A DNA stretch of 64,000 nucleotides from an uncultured Pseudobdellovibrionaceae bacterium. Lineage in GTDB: Bacteria > Pseudomonadota > Alphaproteobacteria > Micavibrionales > Micavibrionaceae. Below, piece by piece: positions 57,165-64,000 of this stretch (its first letter is position 1; the number at the start of each line of letters is the position of its first letter). Below the pieces are notes generated by a model that worked only from the letters and a program-made list of their open reading frames with translations, was not told where the DNA came from and did not search any database. The DNA is taken from positions 43,203 through 107,202 of the forward strand of contig CAZSIB010000005.1 in assembly GCA_964607245.1 (NCBI GenBank), read 5' to 3'. The position numbers were made by a program, and so were the translations under genes.

Positions 57165-58649
57165 CTATTCCCCTTGGGCGGCGGTGTATCCAGGTTTTCC
57201 GTCATAGGAATAAAGAGATTCAAACGCGCACACATCCATGCCCGTGCGTCCCAGTGCGGTATAAAACGCACCCAGGGCGTCGGTGGTTGTGGCGACATCC
57301 GGTTCGGCGAGAATGCGCAGGCCCCAAAGGGGCGAGAACGACGCCTCGGGCAATGTGCCCGGCCAGCATTTCATCCCGCGGTTGGTGATCATTTTGATCG
57401 TATATCCGGCTGGCAGATGCGGCGTCACGCGCGCGGCCAGCACAGCGGGCAGATCGGTCGATTGTACATACACATCAACGCCCACGCGTTTTTTGACGGG
57501 GGTCGCCTTGGGGGCACCGGAAGATGCCGACGTCTTGGCCATCGATTTCACTTCGCCCGCGCCGTAATGCACGGGGGTCAGGCGGGTGGGTTTTTGGCCC
57601 AGGCGCTCAATGACGGATGCCGTAAACTCATCTGTCCCCACTTTGCGCTTGCTGCCGCCATCGCCCTCGCGGTGACGGGGGGTTTGATCGCGGTAGATAT
57701 CGCCCGTGTGAATACCTTCTTCAATGGTCTTCAGCCACGCATTGTGGATTTTTTCGGCCACATCATTTTGCCCAATATGGGTCAGCATCATGATAGAGGC
57801 GAGAATGAGCCCCGAGGGGTTCGCAATGCCTTTCCCGGCGATATCCGGGGCCGATCCGTGCACGGCTTCGAACATGGCGACATCGGGTCCGATATTGGAG
57901 GATCCCCCAAGACCCACCGATCCGGTGATCTCGGCGGCGATATCCGAAATAATATCGCCGTACAGGTTTTCGGTGACGATCACATCAAAATCCTGGGGCC
58001 GTGCCGCGATGCGCGCCGCACCAATGTCGATGATATAATGTTCTTTAGCGATATCGGGATATTCCGCGCCGATCTCATCAAATACCCGGTGAAACAGCCC
58101 GTCGCACATCTTCATGATGTTATCTTTGGACATACAGGTCACTTTTTTGCGGCCATTCTGGCGCGCGTAATCAAAAGCATAGCGGACGATTTTCTCGCAT
58201 CCCGCACGAGTGATGACTTTTAATCCCACCATCACATCAGCGGTGCGGGCATATTCGATCCCAGAATAGAGATCTTCCTCGTTCTCCCGCACGATCACCA
58301 AATCCATTTTGGGATGCTTGGTTTCGATGTAGGGCGCGTACGACACGCATTGGCGCACGTTGGCATAGAGCCCCAAGGTTTTACGCGCGGTCACGTTCAG
58401 GGATTTGAACCCGCCGCCTTGCGGCGTGGTGATGGGCGCTTTCAGGAACACGCGTGTGCGCCGGAGCGACTCCCACGCCGAATCTTCAATACCACTTGAG
58501 ACCCCCCGTTTATAAACGCTTTCGCCGATCTCGATTTCCTCGATGGCCAGGCGGGCACCCGCGGCGTCAAGGACCTTTAATGTCGCCGCCATAATTTCAG
58601 GGCCGATGCCGTCGCCGCGCGCGACCGTGATAGAAACAGGAGAAGTCAT
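57165..58649 (-). CDS. icd: Isocitrate dehydrogenase, long-form member of the isocitrate/isopropylmalate dehydrogenase family
   Basis: GDGIGPEI..., VRENEEDLYSGIE, NLYGDIISD and FEAVHGSAPDIAGKGIANP, plus a roughly 130-aa C-terminal extension like the roughly 480-aa Icd of Rickettsia-type alphaproteobacteria. Cofactor specificity cannot be determined by eye. Confidence 0.85.
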   Translation of the reverse strand: MTSPVSITVARGDGIGPEIMAATLKVLDAAGARLAIEEIEIGESVYKRGVSSGIEDSAWESLRRTRVFLKAPITTPQGGGFKSLNVTARKTLGLYANVRQCVSYAPYIETKHPKMDLVIVRENEEDLYSGIEYARTADVMVGLKVITRAGCEKIVRYAFDYARQNGRKKVTCMSKDNIMKMCDGLFHRVFDEIGAEYPDIAKEHYIIDIGAARIAARPQDFDVIVTENLYGDIISDIAAEITGSVGLGGSSNIGPDVAMFEAVHGSAPDIAGKGIANPSGLILASIMMLTHIGQNDVAEKIHNAWLKTIEEGIHTGDIYRDQTPRHREGDGGSKRKVGTDEFTASVIERLGQKPTRLTPVHYGAGEVKSMAKTSASSGAPKATPVKKRVGVDVYVQSTDLPAVLAARVTPHLPAGYTIKMITNRGMKCWPGTLPEASFSPLWGLRILAEPDVATTTDALGAFYTALGRTGMDVCAFESLYSYDGKPGYTAAQGE

Positions 58650-58851
58650 AACCGAAATCCTTATACGGGGAGGGAAGAGGGGAAAAGCGATAAAATCACC
58701 TCTCTTTATCCCAAATCGGCCTTAAAGAAGGTTTAATATAGTGGTTTAAGGTAAGAATTTGACAGACGAAAGAAATTCCCTCTCTGCCCTTTAGGGGGGA
58801 GAGGGAAGAAGCGGCGTGTTCGGCTCTTATTTTAAAACACGATAAGGAGAA

Positions 58852-60087
58852 TTAAGGCAATCCACGGCGCAGCAAAATATACCCGGTGAGGGCGGAGAGG
58901 AGTGATCCTAAAATAACCCCTAAACGCACATCCACCTGCATCGCCGGGTTGGTATAGGCGAGCGTTCCAATAAAAAGCGACATGGTGAAACCAATACCGC
59001 ATAAAATCGCGACACCGTAAATTTGAACCCAGGTCGCGCCCACGGGCTTGGGTGAGATTCGGAAATAAACGGCGAGGAGAATCATTCCAAAAATCCCCAC
59101 CTGTTTTCCAATAAAGAGGCCAAGCGTAATCCCGAGGACCACAGGGTCGGCCAGGCGCGCGGGCGAAATCCCTGCCAGTGGCACCCCCGCATTCGCAAAG
59201 GCAAAGACCGGTAAAATCAAAAACGCGACCCACGGGTGCAGCGCGTGAACCAAACGGTCGACCGGGCGATCCGTGGGGTCTCGTGTATCGTGCATGGGGA
59301 TTGAGAGTGCGGTGATCACGCCGGCGAGTGTTGCATGCGCGCCGCTTTTCAAGATGGCGAGCCATAAAATCGTCCCGACCAGGACATAGGCGGCGGGGCG
59401 CACGACCCCATATCGGTTCATCCAAAGAAGAAGCATCAGCGCGGCGGCGGCCGCGGCAAGAGCCGGTAAAAACAGGTTTTGCGCGTAAAACAAGGCAATG
59501 ATGATAATCGCGCCCAGATCATCAATCACGGCAATCGCCATCACCAAAATTTTGAGGGGGAGCGGGACACGCGTCCCCAAAAGCGCAATGACACCCAAGG
59601 TAAACGCGATATCGGTGGCGGACGGAATCGCCCATCCGTGTTGCAGTTCGGGATGCGCGCGCGTGATAAATAAAAATATGACCGCGGGTACGATCATGCC
59701 GCCCAAAGCGCCCAAAAGGGGGAGGAGTGCGCGGTCGCGGCTTGCCAGTTGGCCTTCTTTAAATTCGCGCTTGATCTCAAGACCGACGAGGAAGAAAAAG
59801 ATCACCATCATCCCGTCATTGATCCAGTGCAAAATCGATTTGGAAAGTGCTAGATTCCGGCCAGACCCCGCGTCGTGCGGCTCAAACCCAATTGTAAAAG
59901 CCACATCGTTTAAAATGAAATGGTACAGATTTGAGAGCGGCGAATTCGCAAGGATGAGGGCCAGAATCGCGGCCAAAACCAAGACAAACCCCCCGGCGGT
60001 TTCAAGCCGCAGAAACTCGTAAAGCTTCTGAAGCAAAACGTTGCCCTGTGCATTAAAGGGCGAAAGTGGCGAGGGGGGCGTGGTCAT
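58852..60087 (-). CDS. nhaA: Na+/H+ antiporter NhaA
   Basis: ...WINDGLM..FF..VGLEIKRE...G.L...... and IPSATDIAF..G..ALLG, then ...AVIDDLGAI..IALFY, are the NhaA signature segments including the DD pair. Confidence 0.9.
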   Translation of the reverse strand: MTTPPSPLSPFNAQGNVLLQKLYEFLRLETAGGFVLVLAAILALILANSPLSNLYHFILNDVAFTIGFEPHDAGSGRNLALSKSILHWINDGMMVIFFFLVGLEIKREFKEGQLASRDRALLPLLGALGGMIVPAVIFLFITRAHPELQHGWAIPSATDIAFTLGVIALLGTRVPLPLKILVMAIAVIDDLGAIIIIALFYAQNLFLPALAAAAAALMLLLWMNRYGVVRPAAYVLVGTILWLAILKSGAHATLAGVITALSIPMHDTRDPTDRPVDRLVHALHPWVAFLILPVFAFANAGVPLAGISPARLADPVVLGITLGLFIGKQVGIFGMILLAVYFRISPKPVGATWVQIYGVAILCGIGFTMSLFIGTLAYTNPAMQVDVRLGVILGSLLSALTGYILLRRGLP

Positions 60088-60272
60088 GATAATTCGATCA
60101 CCTTTTGTGCGGGTCGTTGTCGGCTGCAGCTAATGTGTATGGCGCCAGTTTTTATTTTATTAACCTTATTCTCGGTAAAAACCCATCATTTGACGAAGTA
60201 TGGTTTTGGGTTTACCCTCTCCAGTATAAATAGACTCTCGCCGTTCACCAAACAAAAACAAAATCCGTCCTC

Positions 60273-61265
60273 GTGCCCCATACCTCTCTTGCCCATAAAC
60301 ATGCCCAGCAAGCGATCTTGTTTGCGCTGATTGCCTATGCGTTTTACAGCACGGGCGACGCGCTCGTGAAAATTCTGGGGACCATGCAGGGCATTGGTGT
60401 CATCATGAGCGTGAACGGGGCGATTATCTGTACCCTGTCGCTTTTGGCGCTTGCCGTTCAAAAGAAATTACACACGGTTTATACCACCCCGCGGTTAAAA
60501 TTATATCTGCTGCGCGCGTGTATCGTGGGCGCGCTGGTCTTTCTGGCGCTGACCAGTTTACAACACGTCCCGCTCCCCGATTTTTACGGCATTTTGTTTA
60601 TGTCGCCCTATGTGGTCGCGCTGTTTGCCCATTTCATTTTGCGGGAAGAAATCGGCTGGCACCGCATGATTGCGATGGTTGTGGGGTCGGTGGGCGTGAC
60701 GATTTTAGCAGGGCCGCATTTTACCAATATGAATCCGGCCTATGCGCTTGTGTTCTTGATGCTGTTTATTGTGGCGGGGCATGTGCTTGTGGTCCGTAAA
60801 TTGGGGACTGAAGATCCGTGGCCTTTACTTCCGCTGTTCCCGGGCTTCGGGATGCTGGGGGTCGGGATTCCGCTTTTGATGATGAACCCAGAATGGCCGC
60901 GCCTGGATGTTTTACCACTTCTAATTTTTTATTCGCTTTGTATCTTTTTAGGGCAAATTGCGTTTTCACGCGCGTTTACCATTACGCCGCTTATGGCCAT
61001 TATCGCGCCCTATGTGTATACCCAAATGCTCTGGGGCGTGTTTTACAGCGCGGTGCTTTTTCATGAATGGCCGGGCATGACCACCTGGATCGGCGCGGCG
61101 ATTGTGATTGCCAGTGGCGCCGGGAATTTACTGTATGAACGGAGCCTTAGGCGTCGTCACTTGTTTTCCGCAAGGGCGATGCAAAGGGCGGCGCGTCATC
61201 CGGAGCTTGCGTCGGCTGGGGCGCGGGCAACTTCGGCGGGGTCACAAACCCCGTCTCGCTCATAA
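60273..61265 (+). CDS. DMT superfamily (EamA-like) transporter
   Basis: About 10 TM segments in two EamA-type halves. GTG start. The last roughly 40 aa overlap the convergent gene and may be an over-extension. Confidence 0.8.
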   Translation: MPHTSLAHKHAQQAILFALIAYAFYSTGDALVKILGTMQGIGVIMSVNGAIICTLSLLALAVQKKLHTVYTTPRLKLYLLRACIVGALVFLALTSLQHVPLPDFYGILFMSPYVVALFAHFILREEIGWHRMIAMVVGSVGVTILAGPHFTNMNPAYALVFLMLFIVAGHVLVVRKLGTEDPWPLLPLFPGFGMLGVGIPLLMMNPEWPRLDVLPLLIFYSLCIFLGQIAFSRAFTITPLMAIIAPYVYTQMLWGVFYSAVLFHEWPGMTTWIGAAIVIASGAGNLLYERSLRRRHLFSARAMQRAARHPELASAGARATSAGSQTPSRS

Positions 61266-61707
61266 ACCCAAGTTCGGGAATACGCACCAACACAGGCCGG
61301 AAGAGCGGTGGTTTATCGGTGGGCGGCAGATAGCCGCGCGGCGCCGCCGCATACCCCCGCGCGTAGGTTGAAATTTGCTCGACCGTGTCGTCCATCTGAT
61401 CCGGCGCGGTCGGTAAATCCCCGTACATATAGGTAATTTTTCCGGCGCCCGCAAAGGCAACGGCGCACGGGTGCGCGCACCCCCCCAGGCATTTGACGCG
61501 CTGAAGTCGTACCGGAAAAGTGCCGTTTTCATGCGCTTGAATATGTGTTGCCAGCGCATCAAAAAGCCTTGTCCCCGGCCAGTTTGCGGCATCTGTGGCA
61601 TCCGCGCCCTTTTCCTTGCCGCAGGTAAAGCAGACATAAAGCGTGGGCCGCGGATCGTCGGTTGCGGGCATTTCTGGGGGGTTGATTTTTTGTTCGTCTG
61701 AGCGCAT
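61147..61707 (-). CDS. DUF1636 family metal-binding (thioredoxin-like) protein
   Basis: ...LYVCFTCGK...(C-x2-C)...RVKCLGGCAHPCAVAF is the Cys pattern of DUF1636. Confidence 0.7.
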   Translation of the reverse strand: MRSDEQKINPPEMPATDDPRPTLYVCFTCGKEKGADATDAANWPGTRLFDALATHIQAHENGTFPVRLQRVKCLGGCAHPCAVAFAGAGKITYMYGDLPTAPDQMDDTVEQISTYARGYAAAPRGYLPPTDKPPLFRPVLVRIPELGFMSETGFVTPPKLPAPQPTQAPDDAPPFASPLRKTSDDA

Positions 61708-61760
61708 GATTTTTTGGTTATACCGAAACCAATTCCAAAAAGATATGAGGATTTATTGAG

Positions 61761-62420
61761 ATGATTGCCCTGACAAAAAGATTTAAAGATAATACTGCAA
61801 TTACGGTCTCTGTTGTGGCGGGTCTTACGGGTGCGGCAGTTCTTGGAACAGGCATCTCGCGTCTTTCTGGACCGACCCAATCTTTTGCTTCTGTGGCCAA
61901 ACCCCTCACGAATGGCTATTGCGGTCAAAACAATATGGTCTGCAGCAATTTGCAACTCAAGCAATTCATGGATGGTGATACCGCATCGCCCTTTGCGCTG
62001 GCGATTAAGAAAACCGCGGCCGACACGGGTACGGTGGTTCCCGATGCCGATATTCAAAAAGTCATCATGATGATGCGGGACAGCGGTCAACTCGACAGCG
62101 CATCCCCCACGCCTGTTCTTGGGAAGTCTGCGACATTGACGGTGATCAAAGGTCCGCAACCCATGGTCGAAACACTGGACGGCGCGTTCATTGGCGGCAC
62201 GGCCGCCCATGGCGTTTACGCTTTGATCGCGAACGGAACAAAATGCGATATCTATGAAATGATATCGGGTGTTGGCGCAGGGCCGGTTGTTCAGTTACGC
62301 CCAACGGATGTACGCCTGATTCCCGTCGGTTCGCATGGCGCGATGAATCCTGCCTGCTATAACGATGCCCAAGCGATCTCCAAAAAAATGGCGAATGCGA
62401 TGGACATGGGTCGCGTTTGA
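61761..62420 (+). CDS. Hypothetical membrane-anchored or secreted protein (219 aa, 4 Cys)
   Basis: N-terminal hydrophobic segment (ITVSVVAGLTGAAVLGTGI). No domain recognised. Confidence 0.5.
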   Translation: MIALTKRFKDNTAITVSVVAGLTGAAVLGTGISRLSGPTQSFASVAKPLTNGYCGQNNMVCSNLQLKQFMDGDTASPFALAIKKTAADTGTVVPDADIQKVIMMMRDSGQLDSASPTPVLGKSATLTVIKGPQPMVETLDGAFIGGTAAHGVYALIANGTKCDIYEMISGVGAGPVVQLRPTDVRLIPVGSHGAMNPACYNDAQAISKKMANAMDMGRV

Positions 62421-62448
62421 TTTTTTAAAGATTTTTCTCCCCCCGGTG

Positions 62449-63075
62449 TCAGTCATTATAGGACGGCGCCGGGGTTTTGTTTGCGGAGGGTGTTGTGGAC
62501 CGCGACGGTGCGTCACCCGACACTGGGGCTGTATTTTCGGAAGGTTCGAGCGCTTGCGCGCGGCTCTCTTGTGCCGTGGCCCAGTCATAGGCGGATTTTT
62601 TCTCGGCACTCCGTTGATACACGTAAATGCCCATGACCGAGAGGGCCACGGCCCAGATCGTGCCCAAGGATTCCATGGCGTTGAGGACGAGCCCCGCGCG
62701 GGCCGGATCACGCACGATGACATACGCAATTGCCATCATTTGCGCCCCCCACGTTGCCGCCATCATATAGCCAAAGGTGGGGCGCATCCGCCGCACATAG
62801 GCGTCATTCGAGGCGACTTCAGCACGGAGACTTTCGTTCACTTGGGTAATCGTTTTCGCGCGCGATTCTCCCTCGATCGCTGCCATTTTTTCAAGATGGG
62901 ACTGGGCCGCGCTTAGTTGTTCGGGCGTCACAGCCCCGTTTTTCACCGCACGTTGTAAATCATCAAGCGCGGCGCCCGCGCCCTTGGCCGCCGGGTGATC
63001 GATGCGCGCGAGTGCTGTTTTTAAGCCTTCCAGTAAAACAGGAACGGCCATTTGGGCCAGGATTTGGATTGCCAT
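62449..63075 (-). CDS. Holin-like protein (resembles the 3TM holin for gene-transfer release family)
   Basis: A helical N-terminal half, then ...MRPTFGYMMAATWGAQMMAIAYVIV... and ...IWAVALSVMGIYVYQRSAEKK hydrophobic segments, as I recall for PF11351-type holins. Directly downstream of the SleB-type hydrolase gene. Confidence 0.55.
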   Translation of the reverse strand: MAIQILAQMAVPVLLEGLKTALARIDHPAAKGAGAALDDLQRAVKNGAVTPEQLSAAQSHLEKMAAIEGESRAKTITQVNESLRAEVASNDAYVRRMRPTFGYMMAATWGAQMMAIAYVIVRDPARAGLVLNAMESLGTIWAVALSVMGIYVYQRSAEKKSAYDWATAQESRAQALEPSENTAPVSGDAPSRSTTPSANKTPAPSYND

Positions 63076-63087
63076 GTGTTTTTTCCC

Positions 63088-63543
63088 TTAACCTAAATCA
63101 TAAAAAATATGCGCGCCGATACGGATGGTTGCGGCGTGCCCTTTGGCCCAATAGGGATGAATATCAAAGCGATGGTAATGCGTGGCGCCGCGCGTGATGT
63201 CGTACACATTCGGATCATCGAGAAGACGGATGGCGATTGCACGCGCGAGGCGAAATTCCGGATTTTTGAACGTCACGTTTAGTAATTTTTCACGCGAAGG
63301 ATCATGGCCGTTCCAACAACTGAATTGATAGGGCTTGCGGCATACGGCGATGATGGTCGTGCCCCACCAGCCATGTGCGGAATCGTTCTTGGCCCGCGCC
63401 ACGCGGTTTAAAACCACATGCCCCACGGCTTGTAACCCGCGGCTACCTTCGCCACGCGCCTCGCCCCACATGGTGCGGGACAGCGTATCGATTTCCTGGG
63501 TTTTGTTGGCATGGATCATGATGTTCAGGTTTTTTTCGGTCAT
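63088..63543 (-). CDS. Cell wall hydrolase, SleB/Hydrolase_2 family (endolysin-like)
   Basis: ...LSRTMWGEARGEG..GLQAVGHVVLNRV......YQFSCW......ATHYH... is the Hydrolase_2 pattern. No signal peptide. Confidence 0.85.
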   Translation of the reverse strand: MTEKNLNIMIHANKTQEIDTLSRTMWGEARGEGSRGLQAVGHVVLNRVARAKNDSAHGWWGTTIIAVCRKPYQFSCWNGHDPSREKLLNVTFKNPEFRLARAIAIRLLDDPNVYDITRGATHYHRFDIHPYWAKGHAATIRIGAHIFYDLG

Positions 63544-63821
63544 TTTGTGTTGGGTGTCCTTGTGGAGAGGCTTTCGGTTTTAAGCGCCGTTGTATCGAGT
63601 TTTGCTTCGATTCGTAAAAGATGCGCGGTCAAGCGTTGTTCAAGTTCGCGCACCTGAAGCGAGGAGGCATAGTTTTTCGCGACATCCAGACGAAAATTCG
63701 CAAGGTCGCGTGCATTCGCCCAGACAAGAGTAAAAAGCGCAACGAGGGCCGGAATTTCAACAACGCCAATCCACCACCGCGCCTGGTCTAAAAATGTGTC
63801 GTTCATGGTTTTTCCTTTCAT
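63540..63821 (-). CDS. Small membrane-anchored coiled-coil protein (phage-type; start possibly MNDTF at 63806)
   Basis: A single TM helix (WWIGVVEIPALVALFTLVW) followed by heptad-like ...VRELEQRLTAHLLRIEAKLD.... The stop overlaps the hydrolase start (ATGA). Confidence 0.5.
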   Translation of the reverse strand: MKGKTMNDTFLDQARWWIGVVEIPALVALFTLVWANARDLANFRLDVAKNYASSLQVRELEQRLTAHLLRIEAKLDTTALKTESLSTRTPNTK

Positions 63822-63824
63822 GCT

Positions 63825-64000
63825 TTAAATATCGGTATGCCCGCGCGGGATCATTGACCCCACGCGCGTGCGCCACGGCGTGCCGGGAAGCCTCTGTCGT
63901 GTGCTCCGCGGCAGTCGCATGGGTTCAAGAGACAGCGCGCCCGCAAGTGCATCAAGCCCGTCATCGCGGTTATGCGCGGCGTCCACGCGAAAATCACGGA
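63825..64000 (-). CDS. C-terminal end of an ORF entering from the right edge; the DDGLDALAGAL motif is reminiscent of RNase-H-fold nucleases (terminase large subunit or RuvC-like)
   Basis: Own translation: ...RDFRVDAAHNRDDGLDALAGALSLEPMRLPRSTRQRLPGTPWRTRVGSMIPRGHTDI*, with the stop at 63825-63827. Only about 57 codons are visible, so the functional guess is weak. Confidence 0.3.
   Translation of the reverse strand, partial: RDFRVDAAHNRDDGLDALAGALSLEPMRLPRSTRQRLPGTPWRTRVGSMIPRGHTDI

Noticed and set aside
57174-58223. A 349-aa plus-strand ORF antisense to icd. The same situation applies to 2340-3239 (antisense to rpsI/rplM), 1039-1620 (antisense to the gamma-CA-like gene) and 38308-39057 (antisense to nusG and the methyltransferase gene).
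   Set aside because: Each fully overlaps a confidently identified gene on the other strand. Their compositions are Arg/Gly-rich and typical of antisense frames.
61260-62210. A 316-aa minus-strand ORF covering the DUF1636 gene region and the 61761 orphan.
   Set aside because: It overlaps two better-supported genes in other frames or strands and has an Arg-rich antisense-type composition.
1-64000. CRISPR arrays, IS elements or transposases, integrases, restriction-modification genes and other known defence genes.
   Set aside because: I found no regularly spaced direct repeats and no translation with a DDE, tyrosine-recombinase, serine-recombinase or known defence-domain signature in any of the listed ORFs.

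Overview
This 64-kb chromosomal window reads as an alphaproteobacterium. Supporting markers are an SspB-alpha-type adaptor, a Tim44-like protein next to mltA, an IalB-like protein, pal-cpoB, an MJ0042 zinc-ribbon gene divergent from ftsEX, a long-form Icd, and a PlsC-DUF2125 protein.

The content is overwhelmingly housekeeping: rplM-rpsI, ftsA, a UvrD-family helicase, an RND pump (adaptor plus permease), a MATE pump, rlmE, pal-cpoB, fabI, nth, aspS, an M16 peptidase, mltA, sspB, hemN, rnd, secE-nusG, ftsEX, rplJ-rplL, rpoB-rpoC, a family-4 UDG, icd, nhaA and one tRNA-Gln(UUG). I recognised no rRNA, CRISPR array, transposase, integrase or known defence gene.

The unusual features are these:
- Universally conserved clusters are broken. 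ftsA lacks ftsQ/ftsZ, pal-cpoB lacks tolB, nusG is separated from rplJ by 5.8 kb with no rplK/rplA, and rpoC is not followed by the str operon.
- A self-contained, AT-richer, two-ORF antisense cassette sits between rplL and rpoB.
- An orphan ORF is bracketed by two copies of the same terminator hairpin beside rpsI.
- A perfect 25-bp tandem duplication truncates a small, well-signalled ORF.
- An inverted pair of short GC-rich palindromic repeats is embedded in long homopyrimidine tracts.
- A phage/GTA-type lysis cassette (membrane coiled-coil protein, SleB-type hydrolase, 3TM-holin-like protein) lies at the right edge.
- Several orphan proteins are present, including a 568-aa one.

All calls rest on reading the translations and the DNA by eye. 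No database search and no composition statistics were run.
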